Source: a virus (lineage: Duplodnaviria; Caudoviricetes). Taken from it: a stretch of DNA of 64,000 bases. Below are positions 18,957 to 29,252 of the stretch, one piece after another. Within the stretch, counting starts at the first letter, position 1. Each line of letters opens with the position of its first letter. The DNA is taken from IMG/VR virus record IMGVR_UViG_2687453619_000001, positions 1 through 64,000 of that record. One strand, given 5' to 3'. The notes under the pieces are model-generated. The model saw nothing but the letters and a program-made list of their open reading frames with translations, was not told where the DNA came from and did no database searches. Made by a program: the position numbers and the translations under genes.

Positions 18957-19307
18957 ATGAAAAACTCTACCACGAACGTACAAGAAAATATCGCCTCCGA
19001 CATCGCCGCTTCCGGCGTGTATAAAACCGTCACCCTGGAAGAGCCGCTGACTCGTGGCGACACCTTGATCACCAGCGTCCAGATCCGCAAGCCCGTAGCA
19101 GGTGAGCTACGCGGCGTCTCGCTGATGGATCTGGGTAATCTGGATGTCGTTTCCCTGCAGCGCGTCCTGCCGCGTATCACTCTGCCGACCTTGGCGCCGC
19201 ATGACGTGGCGAAGCTGGATCTCGCGGACCTGATGGCGCTGGGCTCCGAGGTGGCCGTTTTTTTGCTGAAGAAAGCAGATCGTCCGGTGGTCTACCCGAA
19301 TTCGTAG
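18957..19307 (+). CDS. tail assembly chaperone (P2 gpE)
   Basis: IRKP..GELRGVSL and LPRIT.P.L motifs. Confidence 0.9.
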   Translation: MKNSTTNVQENIASDIAASGVYKTVTLEEPLTRGDTLITSVQIRKPVAGELRGVSLMDLGNLDVVSLQRVLPRITLPTLAPHDVAKLDLADLMALGSEVAVFLLKKADRPVVYPNS

Positions 19308-19432
19308 AAGATGCCATGGCCGATATTGCGACGGTGTTTCACTGGCCGCCGCAGGCCATGAATGAACTGGATATTACGGACTTGATGGCCTGGCGTGAAC
19401 GCGCCAGGTTGCGCAGTGGTGCGGAAGAATAG
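19258..19432 (+). other. -1 programmed frameshift site and gpE' extension
   Basis: TTTTTTTG slippery run at 19258-19265; the -1 frame is open through MADIATVFHWPP...WRERA to TAG 19432, as in P2 E+E'. Confidence 0.85.
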
Positions 19433-19444
19433 AGAGCCAATAGG

Positions 19445-22177
19445 ATGAATGACAAGCAACTACGGTTACAGGTGGTCTTTGCGGCGCTGGACAAGCTGAC
19501 CGCGCCGCTAAAGAAGATCATGGGCGAATCCAACGCTTTGGGCCGCGCCATCAAGGCCAATAGTGACCGATTGAAGGAATTGAACGCCCAGCAGAGGGAT
19601 GTTGGGCGTTTCCGCGAATTGAGCGCCGGCGTGCAAGCCAGTTCGGGCAAATTGCGCGAGCTGCAGCAGCACGTCGGCGGCCTGGCGCAGAAGATGCGAG
19701 AGACGGAGCAGCCCACGCGCGCCATGACGCGGGAATTTAACGCCGCAGTGAAATCTGCCGGTGCGCTCAAGCGTGCCGGCCAGCAGCAGAGCGAACAGTT
19801 ACAGGTACTGCGTGACCGCCTGTCCGGCGCCGGTATCGGCACCGACCGGCTATCGAAACATGAGCGCAGCCTACGGAGCGACATTGCGGCCGCTAATGTC
19901 CAGCTGGCTGAACAGCAGAAGCGGCTAGCGGCGATTGCCGGCCATCAGCAGAAAGTCGCTGCAGCGGGTCAGTATGCCGGCAAGATGCGCACGGCTGCCG
20001 GAAATCTCGCCACTGCCGGAGTCGGTGCGACTGTCGCCGGCGGCGCTGTCGGTGTGCCGCTGGTGGCTGGCCTGCAGGAGGCGAAACAGTATCAGCAAGA
20101 GGTATCGCAATTCCGCAGTCTTGGCATTGGCGATGCAAAATTAAGAGAGGCTATCGGCTTTTCTAAAAAAATGAATATCAAGGGAAGCAGCGAACAAGAC
20201 AATTTGAAAATGCTCAAGGAGGCCTATTCCATTACTCGCGATATGCATCATGCAGAAGAGATCACCCCGTTGCTGGCAAAAATGAAATTCGGCATTGAAT
20301 CCGTGATGATGAAGGGCGGGCATGGTGGCGGACACGGAGAGATGGCCGAAAACATGTTCATCGATTTGATCAAAACGGCCGAACTGCGCGGATCCTTGAA
20401 GGACATGGAGTCCTTTAAAAATGCCGTCAATATGGCGACGCAGACTTACGTTGCCTCTGGTGGATTGGTCAAACCGGAGGAATTGCTCAATACGATTAAA
20501 ACAGGTGGCATTGCAGCAAAACAGCTAAATGACAAGAGTTTCTACTTTGGCTTACTGCATTCGATACAGGAAACTGGTGGATTTCGCTCTGGTACTGGGT
20601 TAATGAGCGCCTATACCAACTGGGCGCAAGGCCGGACGACGCAGCAATCGGCCGAAGAACTGGTCGGCCTGGGGATCATGAAAAAAGAATCGGTCCTATA
20701 CGGGAAGGCAGGCCACGTCAAAAAAATCATGCCCAATGCCATGAAGCAAGCGGAGAAATACAAGACGGATCCATTCGCATTTTTGTTGGAAGACATTGTT
20801 CCAAAAATTCAGGCAGAGGGAAAACACACCGATAGCGAAATAGTGAGTCGCATCGGGGAATTATTTTCATCGCGTAAGGGCGGCGACTTGTTCGCTTCGA
20901 TGTACCTGGAGCGCGAAAACATCAAGAAGCACATGGGCGCCGCGCCAAATGCATTCAATGTCGAGAAACTTTACAACGAAGCGGGTAACAACGTTACAGG
21001 TCAAGAAAACGACGCCACCGCAAAGCTGGCCAACCTGAAGCTGGCAATGGGCGAGAAGATCCTGCCGTTGTATTCCAGTGCTATCGAGATCTTGATCAAA
21101 GCGCTGGAGGGATTGAACGGTTTTATGGAGCACAACCCGGCCACGGCCAAGGCGATGATTGTGGGCTTCGGCACACTGGCCGCCATCCTGGTGGTGCTGG
21201 GACCGCTGATGCTGGGCCTGGCTGCCTTGATCGGTCCCTATGCGATGTTGCACGTGCTGTTCGCCAAGATGGGCATTGCCGGCGGTGTGCTGACACCGAT
21301 CCTGCGCGGCATCGGATCGGCCTTCCTCTGGCTGGGCCGCATGCTCCTGTTCGTCGGTCGGGCCTTTCTCATGAATCCGATAGGGCTGGCAGTGACCGCT
21401 ATTGCCTTGGCTGCTTACCTGATTTATCAGTATTGGGAACCGATCAAGGGATTTTTTACGACCCTATGGGATGGCGTGGGCAACGTTTTTAACCGTTCCT
21501 GGGAAGCTATCAAAGGATTCGCCGGCGGCTTGTGGGCGGACGTGCAGCAGGCGTTCGCCGGCGGTATCGGCGGCGTCAATACCCTGTTGTTGAACTGGTC
21601 CCCGCTCGGCTTGTTCTACCAGGTGTTCGCCGGCGTGTTGAGCTGGTTTGGCATCGAGCTGCCGGCCAAGTTTAGCGATTTCGGTCTGAACATCATGCAG
21701 GGGCTGGCCAATGGGATCACCGGCGCGCTGGGGTTCGTCAAATCGGCAATATCTGGCGCCAGCGACAGCGTTGTCGGCTGGTTCAAGGAAAAGCTGGGCA
21801 TCCATAGCCCTAGCCGGGTATTCGCTGAGCTGGGCGATTTCACCATGCAAGGGCTGGCGTTCGGGTTACAGCGCAGCCAGGACAGTCCGCTTGACCAGGT
21901 CGGCGGCCTTGCCAAACGGTTGACCCAGCTCGGCGCCGGCATCGCCATCGGCGCGACAGCCATGCCGGCGCTGTCCTTCGATACACGCCCGCCCATGGCG
22001 CCGCGTGCCGCCGGCGCCGGCACGGTGATTCAGGGCGACACGATCACGATCTCCATTACCGCTGCGCCAGGTATGGATGAGCAGGCTATTGCCCGCGCCG
22101 TGATGCTGGCGATGGAGCAGCGAGACAGACAGAAGGCGGCGCGGCGTCGCTCCAGCCTGTCCGATTACGATAACTGA
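19445..22177 (+). CDS. tail tape measure protein (P2 gpT)
   Basis: 910 aa, Ala/Gly-rich, LGIHSPSRVF motif, synteny. Confidence 0.92.
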   Translation: MNDKQLRLQVVFAALDKLTAPLKKIMGESNALGRAIKANSDRLKELNAQQRDVGRFRELSAGVQASSGKLRELQQHVGGLAQKMRETEQPTRAMTREFNAAVKSAGALKRAGQQQSEQLQVLRDRLSGAGIGTDRLSKHERSLRSDIAAANVQLAEQQKRLAAIAGHQQKVAAAGQYAGKMRTAAGNLATAGVGATVAGGAVGVPLVAGLQEAKQYQQEVSQFRSLGIGDAKLREAIGFSKKMNIKGSSEQDNLKMLKEAYSITRDMHHAEEITPLLAKMKFGIESVMMKGGHGGGHGEMAENMFIDLIKTAELRGSLKDMESFKNAVNMATQTYVASGGLVKPEELLNTIKTGGIAAKQLNDKSFYFGLLHSIQETGGFRSGTGLMSAYTNWAQGRTTQQSAEELVGLGIMKKESVLYGKAGHVKKIMPNAMKQAEKYKTDPFAFLLEDIVPKIQAEGKHTDSEIVSRIGELFSSRKGGDLFASMYLERENIKKHMGAAPNAFNVEKLYNEAGNNVTGQENDATAKLANLKLAMGEKILPLYSSAIEILIKALEGLNGFMEHNPATAKAMIVGFGTLAAILVVLGPLMLGLAALIGPYAMLHVLFAKMGIAGGVLTPILRGIGSAFLWLGRMLLFVGRAFLMNPIGLAVTAIALAAYLIYQYWEPIKGFFTTLWDGVGNVFNRSWEAIKGFAGGLWADVQQAFAGGIGGVNTLLLNWSPLGLFYQVFAGVLSWFGIELPAKFSDFGLNIMQGLANGITGALGFVKSAISGASDSVVGWFKEKLGIHSPSRVFAELGDFTMQGLAFGLQRSQDSPLDQVGGLAKRLTQLGAGIAIGATAMPALSFDTRPPMAPRAAGAGTVIQGDTITISITAAPGMDEQAIARAVMLAMEQRDRQKAARRRSSLSDYDN

Positions 22178-22190
22178 AGGGAATAATACG

Positions 22191-22718
22191 ATGATGATGG
22201 CCCTGGGCATGTTTGTCTTCAGCCTGCCGACTCTGGCCTACCAGGAGCTGCAGCGCAAAACCGACTGGAAGCACCCGAGCACCTCCCGGGTCGGCGCCCG
22301 CAATGCTCGCCAGTTCACCGGCAAGGGCGACGACACGATCACGTTGTCCGGCTGGATTGCGCCGGAGCTGACTGGCAGCGTCTATTCGCTCGATGCCTTG
22401 CGCCTGATGGGGGACACGGGTAAATCGTGGATCCTCATTGCCGGCACCGGGCGGATTCTGGGATCCTACGTCATCACCGGCATGACCGAGGGCCGCACGG
22501 TGCTGGCGCAGGATGGCGACGCCGGCAAGATTGAATTCTCGATCACCCTGGAGCGCACTGACGAGTCGGTGCTGGGCCTGCTCAATACCCTGGGCGACTT
22601 GGGCAGCATCAAGAATATGCTGAGCCTGGAGGGCATCAGCAACACCGCCAGCAATGCCATCAATACCGGCGTATCGACGTTTAACAATGTCGCGGGTAGT
22701 GTGGGGAGCCTGTTCTGA
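22191..22718 (+). CDS. tail protein (P2 gpU)
   Basis: MMMALGMFVF and QFTG.G.DTITLSG motifs. Confidence 0.92.
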   Translation: MMMALGMFVFSLPTLAYQELQRKTDWKHPSTSRVGARNARQFTGKGDDTITLSGWIAPELTGSVYSLDALRLMGDTGKSWILIAGTGRILGSYVITGMTEGRTVLAQDGDAGKIEFSITLERTDESVLGLLNTLGDLGSIKNMLSLEGISNTASNAINTGVSTFNNVAGSVGSLF

Positions 22719-23944
22719 TGGACTACCCGATCCCTGCTTTTAAGATCACGCTGGATGGCTTGGATATTACCGCCAAGTTCGCGCCGCGCCTGGTCAGTCT
22801 CGACCTGACCGAATGCCGTAGCGACAGCGCCGATGAGCTGAATATCACCCTGTCGGATACGGACGGCCAGCTTGCGCTGCCGTCCAAGGGCGCCAGAATC
22901 AACGTACAGATAGGCTGGCAAGCGTCCGGCCTGGTCGACAAGGGCGTCTTTACCGTCGATGAGATCGAGCATAGCGGCACGCCGGACGTGCTGACCTTGC
23001 GCGCCAGGACGGCCAGCTTGATCGATACTTTCCGCCAGCCGGTCGAGCGCAGCTTCCACGACACGACCTTGGGCGCAGTGATTGAGGTGATCGCGTTCCA
23101 GCAGGAGCTGAAAGCCGGTATTGCTGAGGCGCTGCGAGGTGTGAAGATTGCACATCTGGACCAGACCAGGGAGAGCGACGCGGCATTCCTGCGCCGGCTG
23201 GGTAAGAAGTACGACGCAGCCGCGACGGTCAAAAATGACACACTGCTATTCATGCCGGCTGGCCGCAGCAAGACGGCGTCGGGCCGCGACTTGCCGGTAA
23301 TCCAGATCACGCGCAACCTGGGCGATCGGCACCGCTACCATAGCGCGGAGCGCGACAGCTACAGCGGCGTGCGCGTGTTCTGGCACGATGATCGGCACGG
23401 CCTGCGCCGCAGTGTCGTGGCCGGCGCACCAGGTAACAGCAAGCGGCTGCGCACGACCTATGCCAACGAGGCCGACGCCCGCACGGCGGCCGTCGCCGAA
23501 TGGCAGCGGATCCAGCGCGGCGCCGCCACCCTGGAATTGTCGCTTGCAATTGGCGATCCGGCGCTGATACCGCAATCGCCTGTGGAAGTCGTGGGGTTCA
23601 AAACCGATATTGACAATCAGGACTGGCTAACGGCCAAGGTCAGACACAGTCTTAGCGACGCCGGCTTGACCACCAGCATCGAGCTGGAGACTCGCACGGA
23701 GGAAGCTGAAGTCGAACGGGAGGATCAAGCCGATCCAGATCCTGGCATCACTGGCGTAGTCGCCAAATGGCGCGACAAGGTCAGCAAGAAGCAAGGGGAA
23801 CAGCTTGCAGGATCTCGAAGCCATCCAAAAACACTACCGCATATTTATACAAGTAAGCAATCGGCTGTGCGCTCAGCAAAACTTGAGTGGGTAAAGATTC
23901 AGGAACGGCGGGAAATAATCGCGGAAAACCGCGAGGGGGAATGA
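22718..23944 (+). CDS. baseplate hub / late control protein (P2 gpD)
   Basis: DKGVFTVDEIEHSG.PD and DQT.ESD..FL.RL motifs. Confidence 0.92.
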   Translation: MDYPIPAFKITLDGLDITAKFAPRLVSLDLTECRSDSADELNITLSDTDGQLALPSKGARINVQIGWQASGLVDKGVFTVDEIEHSGTPDVLTLRARTASLIDTFRQPVERSFHDTTLGAVIEVIAFQQELKAGIAEALRGVKIAHLDQTRESDAAFLRRLGKKYDAAATVKNDTLLFMPAGRSKTASGRDLPVIQITRNLGDRHRYHSAERDSYSGVRVFWHDDRHGLRRSVVAGAPGNSKRLRTTYANEADARTAAVAEWQRIQRGAATLELSLAIGDPALIPQSPVEVVGFKTDIDNQDWLTAKVRHSLSDAGLTTSIELETRTEEAEVEREDQADPDPGITGVVAKWRDKVSKKQGEQLAGSRSHPKTLPHIYTSKQSAVRSAKLEWVKIQERREIIAENREGE

Positions 23945-24075
23945 CTTTCTGAGGGGCAATCTGTATGATCTCGCCTCTTGTCGTTTTGTTAGCATTTCCC
24001 CTGCAAAACGATTTCTTGCGCTGATCAAATGAAACGCTGAATGAGAAGGTCAGGCGGAGCAGACTGTGCCTGACT

Positions 24076-24540
24076 TTAAGGAGCGTCCTTTTTTTTACGT
24101 CCCAATTGGATAGTGGTTTTACCCGTCATATTGTTGCCTTGAATGACTTGTGCTCTTTTCCCCGTGATTTTTCCGGCAGCTGCAGTAGTGTTGACCAACT
24201 GTGCTTGTTTCTCGCGCACAGCGGCTGATGGATCCGTTCCAAGACCGTCAATCATTCCGAGAACACTAACCTTGCCACGAATATCGAGGCAGCGATAACC
24301 ACGTAGCAACTCATCTTCATCTGCTGCAAGTTCAGCAGAGGACACCTGGCCAGTCAGCACGTACTGCACATCCACCCCTGCAGCCGCAATAAGAGCCAGA
24401 TAGTCCCAATCCGGGCTTCTCTTCCCAGCTTCGTAATTAATTTGCGATAGACGTTGAACCCCACCAGCCAACGCCATTGCGTCCTGGCTGAGCTCCAATC
24501 TCTTTCTTTCTTCCCGTAGCCTAATACCAAATGCATTCAT
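24076..24540 (-). CDS. XRE-family immunity repressor
   Basis: GIRLREERKRL.LSQ...QINYEAGKRSPD..YL...GVDVQYVLTG helix-turn-helix. Confidence 0.88.
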   Translation of the reverse strand: MNAFGIRLREERKRLELSQDAMALAGGVQRLSQINYEAGKRSPDWDYLALIAAAGVDVQYVLTGQVSSAELAADEDELLRGYRCLDIRGKVSVLGMIDGLGTDPSAAVREKQAQLVNTTAAAGKITGKRAQVIQGNNMTGKTTIQLGRKKKDAP

Positions 24541-24563
24541 TTATTTTCATTTAATGTTTACAT

Positions 24564-24579
24564 GTATGCGAGTGCATAC
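24564..24579. promoter_or_regulatory. candidate operator in the divergent lysis/lysogeny promoter region
   Basis: GTATGC-GAGT-GCATAC inverted repeat between the repressor and the early operon. Confidence 0.35.
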
Positions 24580-24619
24580 TAAAATTGCGTCATTCGTAAC
24601 GACTACAAATCATACCATT

Positions 24620-24820
24620 ATGAAAAAACCAGGCGTAATTCGACGCGCTCCTAAGTATGTTCTTGCTGATGCCATTGCCGTCCGTTTGGCTCCAGAGGAG
24701 CAGGCCATTGTGGAGGAGTGTGCCTATGAAGGGGCGGAATCCCGTGCCGCATTTCTCCGTCGCATGATCATGCTTGGTGTGAAGCAGCACAAGCGCAATC
24801 TCTCCAAAACAAAATCTTAA
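24620..24820 (+). CDS. small DNA-binding protein (ribbon-helix-helix-like, Cox/Cro position)
   Basis: IAVRL.PEE...ESRAAFLRRMI..G pattern; divergent from the repressor. Confidence 0.55.
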   Translation: MKKPGVIRRAPKYVLADAIAVRLAPEEQAIVEECAYEGAESRAAFLRRMIMLGVKQHKRNLSKTKS

Positions 24821-24899
24821 CCAGCAAGGACATCGCCATGGACCAATTACAGTCTACGTTTGTTGCTTCCCATCAGCACACAGTTCTGATTGCGGGGCA

Positions 24900-25184
24900 A
24901 TGATGAAGCGTCCAATGCAAATTGAACAAGCCTTGCGCAGTGCGCTGACTGGCCCCGGCCGCCAGGACGTACAGCACAAGGTCGGCTGGGATGATTCCCA
25001 GGTCAGCCGCTTTCTCAATGGCGGGCAGGGCATTGTCATCGACAAGATCGACCTGCTGGTGGCCGCAGTGGGCTTTGTCATGGTCACTTGCAAATATCTC
25101 GACGCTGTCTCTACTTTAGGCGAGGTCGGCATGCATTGCGAGTGCGCCCGACAGGGCCAGGGCGAGTGCTCCCGCCGTATCTAA
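24900..25184 (+). CDS. CII-like transcriptional regulator
   Basis: VGWDDSQVSRFL helix-turn-helix-like motif; early-operon position. Confidence 0.6.
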   Translation: MMKRPMQIEQALRSALTGPGRQDVQHKVGWDDSQVSRFLNGGQGIVIDKIDLLVAAVGFVMVTCKYLDAVSTLGEVGMHCECARQGQGECSRRI

Positions 25185-25261
25185 TCGCACTACCGTTGTT
25201 TGCAGTTGTTTTAAACCGGCGTCAGGGGCCGATTGATGTATCAGGTAAAGAGATTGTCGAA

Positions 25262-25522
25262 ATGAGAAATATTGGACTGTGCTGTCCCTATTGTTCTACT
25301 ACACCACGCGCCGTTAAAAGCCGTGTGCTGTCAACTTTGATGAAGGAGATCACCTATATGTGCCAGAACTCGGAATGCGGTTACGCCTTTGTCGCCAGGC
25401 TGGAAGTCGCAAGAACCTTGTCTCTCTCTTCCTTCGTCAAGCCCGAGATCAAGGTTCCTCTATCCCAGCATATCAACTGGTCGGCTCTGCAGCAGATGAG
25501 CCTGAATTTATCGCCTGCCTGA
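25262..25522 (+). CDS. ogr: Ogr/Delta-family late transcription activator
   Basis: CPYC...Y.CQN.ECG..F zinc finger. Confidence 0.85.
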   Translation: MRNIGLCCPYCSTTPRAVKSRVLSTLMKEITYMCQNSECGYAFVARLEVARTLSLSSFVKPEIKVPLSQHINWSALQQMSLNLSPA

Positions 25523-25654
25523 GACATGCCGATGACCCACCGCCGCATCCTGGCGCCGCCGTAATCCTGGCCTAAGTCGCTTTCTCCCTGTTGTCTTTTG
25601 TCATGCCTGTAACCAGGCGTGCCGGATTCGCTCATTCTGAAATAAGGAAAACAC

Positions 25655-25849
25655 ATGAAACCCTACGTCGCTAAACAGATGGTGTATTCATTCCCGCGCT
25701 TGCCATGCCAGCGCTTGACGCGCATGCAGCGACTGCGGCGCTATGCCGCCATCAAGAAGGTCTGGGAGATATTCAGCTCCGGCCTGCTTTGCGGCTTCGT
25801 CCTGGCCGCTCCATCGCTGGCCGTGGCGCTCTCCTGGGTAAAGGACTGA
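25655..25849 (+). CDS. hypothetical small membrane protein
   Basis: TAAGGA RBS; hydrophobic C-terminus. Confidence 0.5.
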   Translation: MKPYVAKQMVYSFPRLPCQRLTRMQRLRRYAAIKKVWEIFSSGLLCGFVLAAPSLAVALSWVKD

Positions 25850-25998
25850 ACCATGCCATTCGTTATCAAATTCATCGTCCGGCGAGAGTTGATTGCCAAG
25901 CTGACAGACGACTGGTTTCGCGCTAATTGCCCGACTTTCTTCGCATTGGTGTGTGCTGAATGTATCCAGGCCATGGGTGGCATGGCGGGGGAGTGGTG

Positions 25999-26292
25999 AT
26001 GGCGGCGTCGAATGTCAGTTTAGAGCAACTGCAGCGCGTCCACCACGCCTTGCGCATCACCATCCCGCTGCATGAAGTGTCGCCGCTGATGCTGACGACG
26101 CTGACCACCATTGCGCATTGCTGGCGCGACCGGATCCCGGCGCATCTGTGGTGGAATCCCGCCGAAGAGGCGCGGGGCAGCATGAGCGAAGGGGAGTTCC
26201 AGCGGCTTTATACCTGCACCTTTGCCGCTGCACCCGATACCAAGCACCAACCGATTGACCTTAAACGCCGCGCCGCGGCTGATTACGAATAA
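25999..26292 (+). CDS. hypothetical phage protein
   Basis: ends IDLKRRAAADYE, a motif typical of the gene before P2-like primases. Confidence 0.55.
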   Translation: MAASNVSLEQLQRVHHALRITIPLHEVSPLMLTTLTTIAHCWRDRIPAHLWWNPAEEARGSMSEGEFQRLYTCTFAAAPDTKHQPIDLKRRAAADYE

Positions 26293-26296
26293 CACG

Positions 26297-28975
26297 ATGA
26301 ACCCATCTTTACACGCCGACATCCTGAACCGCCTGTCCGAATTCAATTTCAAACAAGAGAAAGAGGGCTATCTGCGCGGCGGCACCTGCCCAGGGTGCCA
26401 GAAAAAGGAACTGTATACCCACGCCAATAATCCGTGGGTGGTGCGATGCGGTCGCCTGAACAAATGCGGATACGAGGGCCACGTCAAGGAACTGTACCCG
26501 GATCTGTTCGATGACTGGAGCAAGCGCTACCAGACGCCGGAAGCAACCAACCCGCAAGCCGCTGCCGACGCCTACCTGCAGCACGGGCGCGGCTTTACGC
26601 TATCCCGCGTACAGGGGTTGTACAAGCAGGAAAGCTATTTCGACAAGGATCTCAATATCGGTAGCGCCACGGTGCGTTTTGCGGTCGCTGACGGCTATTG
26701 GGAGCGCCTGATCGACAAGCCGCACCGCTTCGGCAAGAAGAAGGCGCGGTTTAGCTTCGGATCGCACTATCAAGGCAAATTCTGGTCGCATCCGGCACAC
26801 AGCCTGCAGGCGGTCGAGGAGATCTGGATCGTGGAAGGCATTTTTGATGCCATCGCCCTGGAGCATCACGGCATCGCGGCCGTATCGATCATGAGCTGCA
26901 ACAATTACCCGCTGCAGTCGCTGCAGGATCTGCGCGACGCCCGTGGCAATCAGGATTGCCGCCTGGTGTGGGCGCTGGATGGCGATCACGCCGGCCGCAG
27001 CTTTACGCACAAGCACATCGAGCGGGCCAGGGCGGCCGGCTGGGAGTGCGCCGCCGCGCAGATCCCGCAGAACGGTAAGCTCAAACTGGACTGGAACGAT
27101 CTGCACCAGCGCGACAAGCTGACCGAGGCCGATATCGAGAACTACCGCTATCACGGCTCCATCCTGATCGCCGAGCGGGCCAGCGACAAGGCGCTGCTGA
27201 TCTACGGCAAGGAAGGCAAGACCGAATTCGACTTCGCTTTCCGTAACCGGCTGTACTGGTTCAATCTTGACCTGGTCGCCTATAACAAGGAAATGGACCA
27301 GCTCGACAGCGACGGCTCGACTTCCATCCTGTCGGAAGCCGGCAAGCGGGAAAAGGCGCTCAATGCCTCCCATACGATACGCCCGATTGCCAACTGCAAC
27401 CCGGTGGCGCTGTACTACCAGAAAAACGACATGACGGACGAAGCCTGGTATTACTTCCGGGTGGATTTTCCGCATGACGGCGCCTCGATCAAGAACACCT
27501 TCACCAGCTCGCAGATCTCCAGTTCGGCCGAATTCAAGAAGCGCCTGCTGGGTATCGCTCCTGGTGCAATGTTCAGTGGCACCAGCGCCATGCTGGACCG
27601 CATCATGGAGCGCGACCTGTTCCATATCAAACGGGTCGAAACCATCGACTTTATCGGTTACAGCAAGGAATACGGCTGCTATGTCCTGGACAACGTCGCC
27701 ATCAAGGACGGGACGCTGCATGATGTCAACGGCGAGGATTTTTACGACCTGGGGCAACTTGCCGTGAAATCGCTGAACCGGTCGGTGTCGCTAACCATCA
27801 ACCGGGATCCGGACGGCTACACTACCGAGTGGGTCAATCTGCTGTGGAAAGCCTTTGGCCCGAAGGGCATGGTCGCTCTGACATTCTGGTTCGGATCCCT
27901 GTTCGCAGAGCAGATCCGGGCTGCACAAAGCTCCTATCCGTTCCTGGAGGTGGTCGGCAAGGCCGGCGCCGGCAAGTCCACGTTGATCGAGTTTCTGTGG
28001 AAGTTGTTCGGCCGCGCCGGCTACGAGGGTTTCGATCCGAGTAAATCCAGCCTGGCGGCCCGCGCCCGTAATTTCTCCCAGGTATCCGGCTTGCCGGTGG
28101 TACTGATCGAGTCCGACCGGGAGCGTATGGACGGCGACAAGAGCCACGTGAAGTCATTCGATTGGGATGAGCTGAAAACTGCCTACAACGGCCGCTCAAC
28201 CCGTGCACGGGGCATGAATACCGGCGGCAATGAAACCTATGAGCCGCCATTCCGTGGCGCCATCGTGATTTCGCAGAATAACCCGGTCAACGCCTCCGAG
28301 GCGATTCTGTCACGGATCGTCCACCTGTACTTCGACTTGACGACGCAGACGCCGGATTCCGGCGAGGCCGCTGACGCCCTGAAGTTCATGCCGGCCGAGA
28401 AAGTATCCGGCTTTATCCTGGCCGCGACCAAGCGCGAGAAGAAGATCATGGAAACCGTGGCTGAGCGCACGGCGATCTATCTGAAAGAGCTGCGCATGCG
28501 GCCGGAAATCAAGATGCCGCGCCTGGTGGAAACCCATGCGCAGATGCTTGCGCTGACAGACGCCCTGGGCCTGGTCATCAAGCTGACGCCTGAGCAGCAG
28601 AAAGCCATGCGTGAACAGATCATCACCATGGCCGGCGAACGCCAGCAGGTCATCAATGACGATCACACCCTGGTGCAGGAATTCTGGGAAGCCTTCGACT
28701 ACCTGGACAGCAACGACATGCACCGCCTGAACCATTCCCGCGACCCGCAGCTGATCGCGGTCAACCTGAACCACTTTGTGCAGATCGCCGCCGAGCGCCG
28801 TCAGCAGATCCCGGTGATCGGTGACCTCAAGAAGGTGCTACGCACCAGCCGCCGGCGGAAGTTCATGGAAGTGCGCGTGGTCAACAGCCAAATCCGCGCC
28901 CGGGACAACCCTCTCGGCAGTAAATCAATGATGTGTTGGGTATTTCAAAACGATAAACAGGGGAACCAAGTATGA
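26297..28975 (+). CDS. primase-helicase replication protein (Zn finger + TOPRIM + P-loop)
   Basis: CPGC...CGRLNKC zinc finger, WIVEGIFDA and ALDGD TOPRIM motifs, GKAGAGKST Walker A. Confidence 0.9.
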   Translation: MNPSLHADILNRLSEFNFKQEKEGYLRGGTCPGCQKKELYTHANNPWVVRCGRLNKCGYEGHVKELYPDLFDDWSKRYQTPEATNPQAAADAYLQHGRGFTLSRVQGLYKQESYFDKDLNIGSATVRFAVADGYWERLIDKPHRFGKKKARFSFGSHYQGKFWSHPAHSLQAVEEIWIVEGIFDAIALEHHGIAAVSIMSCNNYPLQSLQDLRDARGNQDCRLVWALDGDHAGRSFTHKHIERARAAGWECAAAQIPQNGKLKLDWNDLHQRDKLTEADIENYRYHGSILIAERASDKALLIYGKEGKTEFDFAFRNRLYWFNLDLVAYNKEMDQLDSDGSTSILSEAGKREKALNASHTIRPIANCNPVALYYQKNDMTDEAWYYFRVDFPHDGASIKNTFTSSQISSSAEFKKRLLGIAPGAMFSGTSAMLDRIMERDLFHIKRVETIDFIGYSKEYGCYVLDNVAIKDGTLHDVNGEDFYDLGQLAVKSLNRSVSLTINRDPDGYTTEWVNLLWKAFGPKGMVALTFWFGSLFAEQIRAAQSSYPFLEVVGKAGAGKSTLIEFLWKLFGRAGYEGFDPSKSSLAARARNFSQVSGLPVVLIESDRERMDGDKSHVKSFDWDELKTAYNGRSTRARGMNTGGNETYEPPFRGAIVISQNNPVNASEAILSRIVHLYFDLTTQTPDSGEAADALKFMPAEKVSGFILAATKREKKIMETVAERTAIYLKELRMRPEIKMPRLVETHAQMLALTDALGLVIKLTPEQQKAMREQIITMAGERQQVINDDHTLVQEFWEAFDYLDSNDMHRLNHSRDPQLIAVNLNHFVQIAAERRQQIPVIGDLKKVLRTSRRRKFMEVRVVNSQIRARDNPLGSKSMMCWVFQNDKQGNQV

Positions 28976-29190
28976 GTCTAATTACTCAAGCATTCATCGT
29001 TGAGCGGTTCGGCTTGCGGCTCAATGTTGAACAACTTGCCGGGCTGTTGGGTATAACAAAAGGAGCTCTTTATAATCAGTTGAGTGCAGGAACGTGTCCG
29101 GTCAAAACCTATATAGACGGTGGAAAGCGGTGGGCCGATTATCGAGACGTTGCTGAACATCTTGACGAGTGTCGGACATTAGCGGGATGA
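28972..29190 (+). CDS. excisionase-like HTH protein
   Basis: LNVEQLAGLLGIT.GALYNQLS winged-HTH pattern; lies near the integrase. Confidence 0.65.
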   Translation: MSLITQAFIVERFGLRLNVEQLAGLLGITKGALYNQLSAGTCPVKTYIDGGKRWADYRDVAEHLDECRTLAG

Positions 29191-29252
29191 ACGATTGGAA
29201 AAAGAAGGCAAATGACGGGATGTTTGGACTAGCATGTGCTCTTTACATCGTT

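Noticed and set aside
904-23944. Assembly-artefact duplication, or a tailocin
   Set aside because: The copies differ at many synonymous sites and in cargo, and head, packaging and replication genes are present.
26600-27757. 385-aa antisense ORF within the primase gene
   Set aside because: Shadow of a well-supported gene.
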